DNA of 64,000 nucleotides, taken from the NCBI GenBank assembly GCA_028245195.1, contig JAOKCF010000001.1, positions 228,326 through 292,325 on the forward strand, read 5' to 3'. Shown here in pieces: positions 21,368-31,319 of the stretch (the stretch's first letter is position 1; the number at the start of each line of letters is the position of its first letter). The notes below the pieces were generated by a model, which was not told the origin of the DNA, made no database searches, and saw only the letters and a list, made by a program, of their open reading frames with translations. Source of the DNA: Vicingaceae bacterium (lineage in GTDB: Bacteria > Bacteroidota > Bacteroidia > Flavobacteriales_E > Vicingaceae). Both the position numbers and the translations under genes were made by a program.

Positions 21368-21876
21368 AAAATAGCAAAAAAGTAGGTTTTTTAGTGCTTA
21401 TTACAGCCATGATTTTAACGGCTTGCAAAGCTTCTTTTTCATTTACAGGTGCTTCAATTGATCCTGAAGTTAAAACAGTCTCCATCGACTTTTTCGCAAT
21501 CAATGCAACATTAGCTCCTCCCAATTCAGGTCAATTATTTACAGAGGCATTGAAAGATATTTTTATTGCTCAGACAAATTTAGTCCTGGTTAAAAGTGAC
21601 GGAGACCTTCAATTTGAAGGTTATATTAGTGGTTATAGTAATAATCCTGCAGCAATACAAGGAAACGAACAAGCTGCATTAACTAGAATTACCATGACTG
21701 TAAAAGTAAAATTCACGAACACCAAAGACGAAAAGCAAAATTTCGAATCTAACTTCTCGCGCTTTGAAGATTTACCCGCTAGTGAAGAACTTGCTTCTAA
21801 AGAGGAAGAGTTAATCAATTCAATAAATGAACAACTTACACAGGACATCTTTAATAAAGCAGTAACAAATTGGTAG
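21364..21876 (+). CDS. lptE: LptE-like LPS-assembly lipoprotein
   Basis: Lipobox [10 protein letters not shown]. The 170-aa sequence ([18 protein letters not shown]...[10 protein letters not shown]) resembles flavobacterial LptE-family proteins. Its ATG overlaps the upstream stop (ATGA). Confidence 0.65.
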   Translation: MKNSKKVGFLVLITAMILTACKASFSFTGASIDPEVKTVSIDFFAINATLAPPNSGQLFTEALKDIFIAQTNLVLVKSDGDLQFEGYISGYSNNPAAIQGNEQAALTRITMTVKVKFTNTKDEKQNFESNFSRFEDLPASEELASKEEELINSINEQLTQDIFNKAVTNW

Positions 21877-23006
21877 TAAATAAGTCAACTTTTATTTCCT
21901 ATTTGAAGCAGCCCAACATGGTTGGTTCTCATTCTATTGCTGGTCTAAACGAGATTGTTAGAGACTACCCTTACTTTCAGAGTGCTCAAATGCTACTTAC
22001 TAAGGCATATCACAGCAGCGAGAATTTGAATTTCGAGAGTAGCTTAAAAAGGACCGCTGCTTATGCTGCAAATCGTCAACAATTGCACAGTTTGCTCTTC
22101 TCACCAACAGAGCATGTAACAGAAGTAGCAGGAGCAGTTGAAATAATTCCAGAGCAGCTTCCACCTCAGCATTTTGAATCGACAGAAATTCCGGAACAGA
22201 AGGAGGAACCAATAAAAAATGAACCTTTTCAAGTGAAACCCCCTTTTCCCCCTGTTGAAATTCAGAAAGTTGGACAAGTAGAGCAAATACAACATATTCC
22301 TGCACCTGAAGCTCAAATTGAACCCAATTTAAATCAACCATCTGAAAAAGATACATTTGAATCACAGGAAAACAAACCTCTAGATGATTCTATTGCAGCG
22401 AAATCAACTGTTTTAGAAGAGGAAAAATTTAGCATTGACTTCAGCAAAATTGAAAAAAGTAATGTAGATGAATATGATGCTTTAGAAAATCAAATTTTAA
22501 GCTCTGCTGTTAGCAGTTCTTTTCTTAAAAATGTTTCTGACGAAATTCCTGATATTGACAGTTTAAATAGAGAAAGGTTAGATAAAACTACCATCAGAAT
22601 AATAAAAACAGAGGAATTTAAAGAAGAAAAGAACCCTAATTTAACGATTGATAATGCTACCGATTGCTACTCTTTTACAGGTTGGTTAAAAGCATTAGAT
22701 AACCCTCAGCCTGAGTTTGAGAAACCAAATAAAGACGAAGATATCGACCAGACAAATACCCCCCAAATAACTGTTTTCGAAAACAATAGAGATAAAGTAA
22801 GCTTCTATTCACCTATTAAAATGGCGAGATTAAGTGTGCAAGAAGACGACGACTTAATGACCGAAACCTTAGCAAATATTTATGCAGACCAAGAACACTT
22901 CGAAAAGGCAATAAAAGCTTTTGAGAAATTACAGTTGAAATATCCCGAAAAAAGCAGTTATTTTGCAGCCCGAATTAAAGAAATAAAAATTCAATTAAAC
23001 ACTTAA
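21870..23006 (+). CDS. hypothetical protein with Pro/Glu/Gln-rich centre and TPR-like C-terminus
   Basis: 378-aa ORF with a TTG start at 21870 that overlaps the lptE stop. The first in-frame ATG (21918) would remove the N-terminal segment [11 protein letters not shown]. The C-terminus [28 protein letters not shown] is TPR-like. Confidence 0.5.
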   Translation: MVVNKSTFISYLKQPNMVGSHSIAGLNEIVRDYPYFQSAQMLLTKAYHSSENLNFESSLKRTAAYAANRQQLHSLLFSPTEHVTEVAGAVEIIPEQLPPQHFESTEIPEQKEEPIKNEPFQVKPPFPPVEIQKVGQVEQIQHIPAPEAQIEPNLNQPSEKDTFESQENKPLDDSIAAKSTVLEEEKFSIDFSKIEKSNVDEYDALENQILSSAVSSSFLKNVSDEIPDIDSLNRERLDKTTIRIIKTEEFKEEKNPNLTIDNATDCYSFTGWLKALDNPQPEFEKPNKDEDIDQTNTPQITVFENNRDKVSFYSPIKMARLSVQEDDDLMTETLANIYADQEHFEKAIKAFEKLQLKYPEKSSYFAARIKEIKIQLNT

Positions 23007-23012
23007 AAGAAA

Positions 23013-23363
23013 ATGTACATTATTGTATCCGTTTTAGTATTCATCATTGCAGTATTACTGATCTTGGTGATTTTAGTTCAAAACCCAAAAGGTGGTTTGG
23101 CTTCTAACTTCTCTTCTTCAAATCAAGTGATGGGTGTTAGAAAAACGACCGACTTTCTAGAAAAAGCTACTTGGACTTTAGGTATTGCGCTTATCGTTCT
23201 TAGTATTCTTTCTTCAGCTACTATTAATAGAAATGAAGCCGTTCAAATTGATACAGTAGAATCAGAATTGCAGAATGAGGCCAATCAAATTGTGATTCCT
23301 GCTTCTCAAGCACCAATTACAAATGAAGAAGTTCCAGCTGACCCAAGTTCGGCTCCAGAATAG
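23013..23363 (+). CDS. secG: preprotein translocase subunit SecG
   Basis: Small two-TM protein: MYIIVSVLVFIIAVLLILVILVQNPKGGL...TWTLGIALIVLSIL. The LVQxxKGG motif is typical of SecG. Confidence 0.8.
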   Translation: MYIIVSVLVFIIAVLLILVILVQNPKGGLASNFSSSNQVMGVRKTTDFLEKATWTLGIALIVLSILSSATINRNEAVQIDTVESELQNEANQIVIPASQAPITNEEVPADPSSAPE

Positions 23364-23386
23364 TAAATACATCAAAAAAATTAAAA

Positions 23387-23414
23387 GCCACACCCTACCG
23401 GTGAGGCTCTTTTG
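23387..23414 (+). terminator. probable secG terminator
   Basis: Hairpin GCCACACC-ctacc-GGTGAGGC with one mismatch, followed by TCTTTTGTTG. Confidence 0.5.
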
Positions 23415-23415
23415 T

Positions 23416-23440
23416 TGTCAAACTGTCACTTCTTCTGACA
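23416..23440. promoter_or_regulatory. TGTCA/TGACA half-site cluster including inverted repeat TGTCA-N7-TGACA upstream of groES
   Basis: TGTCA at 23416-23420 and 23424-23428, and TGACA at 23436-23440. The same IR with identical spacing occurs upstream of dnaK at 37075-37091. It is followed by T9, so it could also act as a weak terminator. Confidence 0.35.
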
Positions 23441-23492
23441 CTTTTTTTTTAATAAACTGAAATATTTTCAGCAATTGGCAGCCTTTAACTAT

Positions 23493-23509
23493 TGGCACGA
23501 AATATGACT
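23493..23509 (+). promoter_or_regulatory. sigma-54-like -24/-12 element TGGCACG-N4-ATGACT upstream of groES
   Basis: TGGCA at 23493-23497, a 7-nt spacer, then TGACT at 23505-23509, 41 nt before the groES ATG. The dnaK leader has TGGCA-N7-TGACT at a similar distance. The -12 reads TGA rather than the consensus TGC. Confidence 0.3.
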
Positions 23510-23549
23510 TTATAGAATAATTAAAGAAAACTAACTTAAAAATTAAAAC

Positions 23550-23825
23550 ATGTCAGTAAATGTAAAACCTTTAGCAGATAGAGTTCTTGTTGAACCTGCT
23601 GCTGCGGAAGAAAAAACTGCTGGGGGAATTATTATTCCAGATACAGCAAAAGAAAAGCCTCAAAAAGGAAAAATTGTTTCTGTAGGAAACGGTAAGCCAG
23701 ATGAACCAATGACGGTGAAAGAGGGCGACACTGTGCTATATGGCAAATTTGCCGGTACTGAAATTAACATCGAAGGAAAAGACTACTTAATTATGAGAGA
23801 GTCTGATTTATTCGCTATTGTTTAA
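23550..23825 (+). CDS. groES: co-chaperonin GroES
   Basis: 91 aa. [12 protein letters not shown]...[22 protein letters not shown] is the canonical GroES sequence. Confidence 0.97.
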   Translation: MSVNVKPLADRVLVEPAAAEEKTAGGIIIPDTAKEKPQKGKIVSVGNGKPDEPMTVKEGDTVLYGKFAGTEINIEGKDYLIMRESDLFAIV

Positions 23826-23832
23826 TATCTAA

Positions 23833-25494
<1,662 letters not shown>

Positions 25495-25517
25495 TCATTT
25501 CTGCCAGAATCAAAATA

Positions 25518-25551
25518 AAAGCCCTTTCTGATAAATCAGAAAGGGCTTTTT
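25518..25551. terminator. bidirectional Rho-independent terminator (groEL / convergent gene)
   Basis: Perfect 14-bp stem AAAGCCCTTTCTGA/TCAGAAAGGGCTTT with loop TAAA, flanked by an A-run and a T-run. Confidence 0.85.
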
Positions 25552-25583
25552 CGTGTTTGAATCTATGGAAATCTTCTATAAAA

Positions 25584-26177
25584 TTAAAACCACATAGTAT
25601 AAAGTATGTAAGCTAAAATCAAGAGTAGAATTAATCCAAGTAGACTGGAAACCAATCCACCAATCACACTGAATAATAAACTCACAATCATTAACACAAT
25701 CAAGACGGCAATTAACGCAAGTACGATTTCCAACCAAGGCCAATCTTCTATTTCGTCTTCCCACCAATTATCTCTTTTATGGAGTGCCGTTGAATTTTGA
25801 GTGTGCGACTCCTCTATCTTTAATTCTGCAATCTTTTGCAAAAAGTTATTGCTTTGTTGTACCCTTGCAGGCGCATCCGAATATCTTCCCTCCTGTAATA
25901 TAGTTCGCAATTCTTCCTGAATTATATTATTAGCAATTACCGATTCCTTTTCTTGTGCACTATTCTCTTTCGTAAAACTTCGAACGGTATTTTCAACCTG
26001 CATTTCTGTTACAGCAACTTCTTGTTTTTCAACTTTCGACTTCGAATATTTGAGATGACTATTGTACTTTACTCTGTTAAAATTCTTGCTTGCTAAAGGA
26101 TTTTTCACCAATGAACAAGAATAAATGGAAAGTAGCACCAAAACGATTATTACGCTGGCTAAACAATTTTTTTTCAT
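25584..26177 (-). CDS. hypothetical membrane-anchored lipoprotein
   Basis: Lipobox LLSIYSC, a polar middle region, and two C-terminal TM segments. I recognised no family. Confidence 0.5.
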   Translation of the reverse strand: MKKNCLASVIIVLVLLSIYSCSLVKNPLASKNFNRVKYNSHLKYSKSKVEKQEVAVTEMQVENTVRSFTKENSAQEKESVIANNIIQEELRTILQEGRYSDAPARVQQSNNFLQKIAELKIEESHTQNSTALHKRDNWWEDEIEDWPWLEIVLALIAVLIVLMIVSLLFSVIGGLVSSLLGLILLLILAYILYTMWF

Positions 26178-26187
26178 TTTGTTTTTG

Positions 26188-26883
26188 TTATAAGTCGTCT
26201 AAAATAAAAGTAGAACTCTCGAGATAACGAGCATCGGGGAAATAAATAAATAAGCAAGTACCTTCCTTCGTCAAATTGATGATTGGAATATGAAGACCCA
26301 TTGGTATTGCTGGGCACCCCTCACTATTACCCAACACCCCATTCTCTCTGATATATTCTTCTGTAGCGTAGGTTGCTCCATGAAGAACCACGTATCGATC
26401 ACGAGCATTTGTGTTAAACCCATGCTCTAACCCGTTTAAACGGAGGGATAGTCCATTTTTTCCAAAATAAGTTTCTTGGGTCTTATAAAAGCCTAAGCTA
26501 CTCTGATGAGACCCTTCACTATTGGAAAAGTCTATGGCATATTTACCCCCTGAATTTTCTCCGTGAGCCACATAAGTGTGATACAATACCGTTTTCATTT
26601 TTAAATCAATAACCCAAAACCGTTTTTTAATAGAGGGAAGACGGAAATCAATAATGCTTAAAATATTTTTACTAAAAGGAAGTAAGCCGCTTAATTTTAA
26701 ATTTATATACCCTGAGTAGGCCTTTTCAAAAAGTGAAAACTCTGGCTTCTGCTCTCCTTTTAGTTGATTGTAAATAGACCCTAACAGAAAGGAACTTGTG
26801 GGTTCTGGTGCGCATTTTTCTGCTCTGATTGATTGGCTAAAAAATAAACCGATAATGAATAATACAACAAGTAAGTTTTTCAT
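26188..26883 (-). CDS. L,D-transpeptidase catalytic-domain family protein (YkuD_2-like)
   Basis: Signal peptide, then RFWVIDLKMKTVLYHTYVAHGENSG...VLHGATY...GNSEGCPAIP, with the catalytic Cys in an SxGC context. Confidence 0.75.
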   Translation of the reverse strand: MKNLLVVLFIIGLFFSQSIRAEKCAPEPTSSFLLGSIYNQLKGEQKPEFSLFEKAYSGYINLKLSGLLPFSKNILSIIDFRLPSIKKRFWVIDLKMKTVLYHTYVAHGENSGGKYAIDFSNSEGSHQSSLGFYKTQETYFGKNGLSLRLNGLEHGFNTNARDRYVVLHGATYATEEYIRENGVLGNSEGCPAIPMGLHIPIINLTKEGTCLFIYFPDARYLESSTFILDDL

Positions 26884-26885
26884 AG

Positions 26886-27340
26886 TTAGAAAATCATCAT
26901 GCTAAAGAATGCCGCGCTTAAACAAATTGAAGAAATAATATTCATCCTCATGCTATGTTCGAAATCGGCTTTATTTTCATTTTTTACAATTAAATTGAAC
27001 CAATAGCAAAAATACAATAAGATAGGCCCACTAAATACTAGGAAAAGGTAAAAGTCTTTCACATTGTGTTGTTGAACAAATGAATAACTTAAAAGTAATT
27101 TCCATAGCAAAAAAGCAATAGAAGAAAAAATGAAAGTTCCTTTTATTCGCATCATTAAACTTAAAGTTAAATCACCACGCGCTAAATCCTCCTCATGCTT
27201 ATAAACTTGTGTTAATGGATAAGAGCCTAATAAGAAAAGAGAAGAAGCAGCTGCGAAAAGCAGGTTTACAGCATCACAATTATAATACCCTAAGCCAACT
27301 TGAACAGTGTAGAGTATAAAAAAGCCATGAAACAAAGTAA
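26886..27340 (-). pseudogene. UbiA-type prenyltransferase, C-terminal half only (5' truncated)
   Basis: Only the region around the second Asp-rich motif (QVYKHEEDLARGDLTLSLMMRIKG) plus the following TM helices is present. The ORF extension to 27398 is antisense to the neighbouring flavoprotein fragment. Confidence 0.5.
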
Positions 27341-28122
27341 ATACTAAGGTGCTAGATGTACGCGAAACGCATGACAATTTTACCATTAGCTCATCCAATG
27401 AATCTTATAAAGTGCAACTTGCTGTTGGCGCCCATGGCAAACGTTCAATATTAGACAAAAAGCTAAATCGTGCCTTTATGACTGCTGCTCAGCGTGAGTC
27501 AAATAATTACGTTGGGATTAAGTATCATATTAAAGCCCATTTGCCCGAAAATTTAATTGGATTGCATTTATTCAAAAACGGTTATTGCGGAATTTCGAAA
27601 GTAGATGGAACGGATCGGTTTTGTTTGTACTATCTAACATTAGCATCCAACCTCAAGAATTCAGGTTGTATTGAGAATATGGAAAAAGAAATTCTCTCAA
27701 AAAATAATTACTTAAAGGAATATTTAAAATATGAATGGTTCTATGATCAACCATTAGTCATTTCGCAAATTAGATTTGAAAGAAAAAAACCCATAGAAGA
27801 TGGAGTTTTTATGCTCGGAGATACTGCAGGTTTAATAGTACCCTTGTGCGGAAATGGAATGAGCATGGCTCTTAAGGCAGCTCATGAATTTCACAATTTA
27901 AGTAAGCAATTTTAACGCGAACAAATTTCTAGAAAAGAACTTACTCAACAGTATTTAATATTTTGGAATAGAGAGTTTGGTGCACGATTGACTGCAGGAA
28001 AGACATTACAGAAGTTGTTTTACAATAAATATTTAGTAAACCCTGCGCTAAAACTGTTGAATAAAACTCCATGGATTACCGCTAGCATTATTCGGTTAAC
28101 ACATGTAAAAGATATAACATAA
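27331..28122 (+). pseudogene. geranylgeranyl-reductase-like FAD-dependent oxidoreductase, 5' truncated and carrying an in-frame TAA
   Basis: The frame opens at 27331 in mid-protein (FTISSSNESYKVQLAVGAHGKRS...GYCGISKV...MLGDTAGLIVPLCGNGMSMA) with no GxGxxG N-terminus. After TAA at 27913-27915 the same frame continues as REQISRKELTQQYLIFWNREFGARLTAGKTLQKLF...RLTHVKDIT* to 28122. Confidence 0.7.
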
Positions 28123-28155
28123 AAAAAAGGGCTGTCTTTTGGCAGCCCCCTTTCT
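28121..28155. terminator. bidirectional terminator
   Basis: A8, then stem GGGCTGTC/GGCAGCCC (one G-U pair) with loop TTTT, then CCTTTCTTTC. It lies between convergent genes. Confidence 0.65.
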
Positions 28156-28249
28156 TTCTAAGGCATTAACAATAATTTTAATATTTCTAATAATTAAACC
28201 CTATCCATTTGTACCTAGCTCTTCCTGGTCCATGTCCTCTTTTTTAGGT

Positions 28250-28675
28250 TTATGCTCCATTTTTTTCCTTTCTGAACTCTTTCCTTTTCTCGATTTTCTG
28301 CTTTTTTAAGGTCATGAATTTCTCCATTTGGTCTTCATTCAAAACCTCTCCTAACCTCTCGTTCATCGCCTTTTCAGATTCAGCCATTTTTAATTTTTGT
28401 TCTGCAATCGCAATTCGTCTATCTTCATCTGAAAGCTTTTCCATTTCTGACTTAGGTATCCTTTCAGATTTTCTGGCTTCTTGTTCTTCCTTAAAAATAA
28501 TCTTCACTTTTTCCTCTTGATCTGCAGATAGGCCCAATTCGCTTATCATTAATTCCATCTGTGCTTTCTTATTCTCACCCTTATGTTCTTGACCGCCTTT
28601 ATTTCCCTGAGCGAAGCTTGCCGTGCCAACTACTAGCAATGCTGCTACTAGTGTACTTTTTACAACTGTTTTCAT
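28250..28675 (-). CDS. Spy/CpxP-like periplasmic protein (LTXXQ-type motifs)
   Basis: Signal peptide MKTVVKSTLVAALLVVGTASFAQ (ATG complement 28673-28675), then a helical Lys/Glu-rich body with LSADQ and LNEDQ motifs. Confidence 0.45.
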   Translation of the reverse strand: MKTVVKSTLVAALLVVGTASFAQGNKGGQEHKGENKKAQMELMISELGLSADQEEKVKIIFKEEQEARKSERIPKSEMEKLSDEDRRIAIAEQKLKMAESEKAMNERLGEVLNEDQMEKFMTLKKQKIEKRKEFRKEKNGA

Positions 28676-28726
28676 ATTTTTTGGTTTTAATATTTTCAAG
28701 TGTTTTATCAAATTAAGGGCCACAAT

Positions 28727-29572
28727 TTAGTTATCAAAATAATTCATTGATTTTTTAATCATTTCATCATCCCATAGCACTCTATAATGGCCTGATTCAC
28801 GGACAGATTCTAACCGAACCGACTCCCAATTCTTCTCAAAATCTCTTGCATGAGAAAAGCTTATTATTTTGTCTTCTTCGTCGTGAAAAAGCAACACCTT
28901 TTCTAAATTTGTTTGCTTTCCATAGTTGTGAAAGTAAAAGGATTCAAAGGAGTAACCTGCAAAATCTTCAAAGTGAGATAAAAATGGTTGGAATAGCTTT
29001 TCAGGTATTTTCAAAATTTTCTGAAATTCCTCGAACACGGACATTAGACGATTTAAAGGAGCCAACAAAATGGTCTTCTCGAAATTTAAGTTCTCCTCGT
29101 AAGCACACATGATGATAGCACACGCTCCTAAAGAATGACCAATAGCAAGATTCGGTACTCCGTATTTATGAATCATTTCTTTTGCAGCCCCTTTGAAGTA
29201 AACCAGGTTTGACTTTTTACCCTTGCTGCCTCCGTGAGCAGGAGCATCAAAAGCAACAACACGGTAACCCTTAGCTACTAAAGGTTCGATGAAAGCGCCC
29301 AAACTACCAGCATTGCTCTCCCATCCATGAAAAAGCATCGCTACTTTTTCTCCTTCAGCCCATTCGTAAACTTTAATTTCCTCTGTCCCAAATTTTAAAA
29401 AAGATTTCTCCGCTTTATTTAGCATTTCTAACTCTCTAGTTCTTAAAACTCTTACTCGTGGCTTACTAAATATATTCATCAGCTGCTTCGCTGAAGTGGA
29501 GGGAAACAGATGTGCAGCAGTATTAAAATATATTCGAAAAACACGTATAATTAAGGGATTTTTTTGGGGCAT
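28727..29572 (-). CDS. alpha/beta hydrolase
   Basis: Contains HGWESNAGS, the nucleophile elbow GHSLGA, and a C-terminal GHY (His). Length is 281 aa. Confidence 0.75.
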   Translation of the reverse strand: MPQKNPLIIRVFRIYFNTAAHLFPSTSAKQLMNIFSKPRVRVLRTRELEMLNKAEKSFLKFGTEEIKVYEWAEGEKVAMLFHGWESNAGSLGAFIEPLVAKGYRVVAFDAPAHGGSKGKKSNLVYFKGAAKEMIHKYGVPNLAIGHSLGACAIIMCAYEENLNFEKTILLAPLNRLMSVFEEFQKILKIPEKLFQPFLSHFEDFAGYSFESFYFHNYGKQTNLEKVLLFHDEEDKIISFSHARDFEKNWESVRLESVRESGHYRVLWDDEMIKKSMNYFDN

Positions 29573-29577
29573 AACAT

Positions 29578-30093
29578 TTAAACAAATGGAATTAGATAAA
29601 AACTTTTTTTAGCATATTGTTCATATTCGGCAAAGAGATTTTTTAATATTTTTTCTTCATATCGTATTTTCAAAATCAGCGTTGTTAACAATACGAAATA
29701 AACAACAATCGGCACGGTCTCTTTCCCTCCAATCATCGTTGGAAGAAAAAAAAGAAGTAGCGCTGAATACATTGGATGTCGCAGAGTGTGATCTGGTCCA
29801 GTAGTGATCAATTGAGCACCCTTTTTCAACTCAGGAAAAACAGATAACATTGATTTTTTCAGTTCCCAACCAGCCCAAACGACTACAATTATCGCAATTA
29901 AATGAAAAATAGCAACCTACCTCAAAAGGTGGAAATCTGTATAATACAAAAGGACCACTATCGCCGTAAATTGGATGAAAACATAGGTTGTGCCCAGTTT
30001 CGTCAAATGTATTGAATAATAGTTGAACGAATCTATAAATCCATACCTTGCATTCTCATTTGTTTTTACAAAAAATTTATGCTCTCCCGCTAT
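29578..30093 (-). pseudogene. ICMT/PEMT-family membrane methyltransferase with in-frame TAG
   Basis: The track ORF (90 aa) carries LITTGPDHTLRHPMYSA. The same frame continues upstream as ...YTDFHLLR*VAIFHLIAIIVVVWAGWELKKSMLSVF, with TAG at complement 29917-29919. A further TAG at 30094-30096 bounds the frame, and no ATG is present upstream. Confidence 0.65.
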
Positions 30094-30413
30094 CTAAAGG
30101 TCAAGAAAACAACTCAATAATTTGCAATTCAATTAGACGCATAAAGGGAAAATAGCCTATCAGGTAGAATAATACAGATTAACTTATTGTTCTTTTGCAT
30201 TTGAGTGACGATTTTACAATAAAGCTATTACTAAATCAAAAAGCCGCATAGAATAAGAGCATTTGAATTTGCTGAACTAACCTTCATCGAGAAGTCGAAA
30301 AAGTATACGATTAGCAGACTTTAAATCCTTAAGAAAAACAAATTTAGAAATAATCGAATATATTTATGATTGTAAGACTTAATTCGTTGACACATTATGG
30401 AAGAAAAAATAAG

Positions 30414-30693
30414 ATGAAAGCAATCTGGAACGATACTATTATAGCAGATATTAACGATACCGTTATGGTGGAAGGAAATCACTACTTTCCAATGGAAAGT
30501 ATTAAAAAGGAATATTTAGAAGAGAGTACGACCTCCTCTGTTTGTCCTTGGAAAGGAATGGCAAATTACTACACACCGCGAGTTAGAAATAAAATAAGAA
30601 GATGCAGCATGGTTTTACCCGATTCCGAAGCCGGCAGCTGTTGATGTTTTAAATAGAGTTGCATTCTGGAAAGGAGTTAGTGTAGTAGATTAA
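30414..30693 (+). pseudogene. DUF427-domain protein with a frameshift plus an in-frame TAA
   Basis: MKAIWNDTIIADINDTVMVEGNHYFPMESIKKEYLEESTTSSVCPWKGMANYYT is in frame 0. The family-typical C-terminus EDAAWFYPIPKPAAVDVLNRVAFWKGVSVVD* is in frame +1 and is preceded there by TAA at 30595-30597. The frame switch lies within 30576-30582. Confidence 0.8.
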
Positions 30694-30747
30694 GAATTAT
30701 TTATAAATTCATTTGTATCTAAAGTTATTACATTATCTGTATGTACA

Positions 30748-30755
30748 TATATTTG
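30748..30755 (+). promoter_or_regulatory. candidate Bacteroidota -7 promoter box (TAnnTTTG) for the MarR gene
   Basis: TATATTTG lies 13 nt before the ATG at 30769, inside the imperfect palindrome TACATATATTTGTA. Confidence 0.3.
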
Positions 30756-30768
30756 TAAAAAAGTTATA

Positions 30769-31218
30769 ATGGAGATTGAGAAAGAGATAAAACAAAATAA
30801 ATTCAAAGACGAAATTCACAAGTTGATGATTAATCAACTATTTACAGGTAAGTGGATTACAAATCTAATTGCAAAGCAACTAAAACCATTTGGGCTTACT
30901 AATCAGCAATATAATGTTTTACGAATCTTGAGAGGTCAAGGAAATAATTACATTTCTGTTAATGCCATTTCAGATCGCATGATTGATAAAATGTCAAATG
31001 TTTCCAGGTTAATTGACAAACTTGTAGATAAAAATCTAGTGCAGCGTAAAGTAAATAAAGACGACCGACGACAAGCGGACATTATAATAAATCAAAAGGG
31101 ATTAGACCTTGTTAGAGCGATAGAAGAGACAGAGGGAGATTTAAAATCAAATTTCAAATCTCTTTCTGAAGAAGAAGCAAAACAATTAAATAGTCTTTTA
31201 GACAAACTGAGAGGCTAA
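30769..31218 (+). CDS. MarR family transcriptional regulator
   Basis: 149 aa with a winged-HTH region: LTNQQYNVLRILRG...ISDRMIDKMSNVSRLIDKLVDKNLVQRKVNKDDRRQ. Confidence 0.85.
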   Translation: MEIEKEIKQNKFKDEIHKLMINQLFTGKWITNLIAKQLKPFGLTNQQYNVLRILRGQGNNYISVNAISDRMIDKMSNVSRLIDKLVDKNLVQRKVNKDDRRQADIIINQKGLDLVRAIEETEGDLKSNFKSLSEEEAKQLNSLLDKLRG

Positions 31219-31319
31219 ACAGTATAAACACATTGTTAATAGTATTTAACAAAGTGCAATATCAGATGCTACCCAAAACTGCCGTGTAATGGGTAATTTC
31301 GCAACTAAACATAACCACT

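Noticed and set aside
23451-23549. CIRCE (HrcA) operator upstream of groES, also sought upstream of dnaK at 37065-37214
   Set aside because: I looked for TTAGCACTC-N9-GAGTGCTAA or close variants and found nothing resembling it in either leader.
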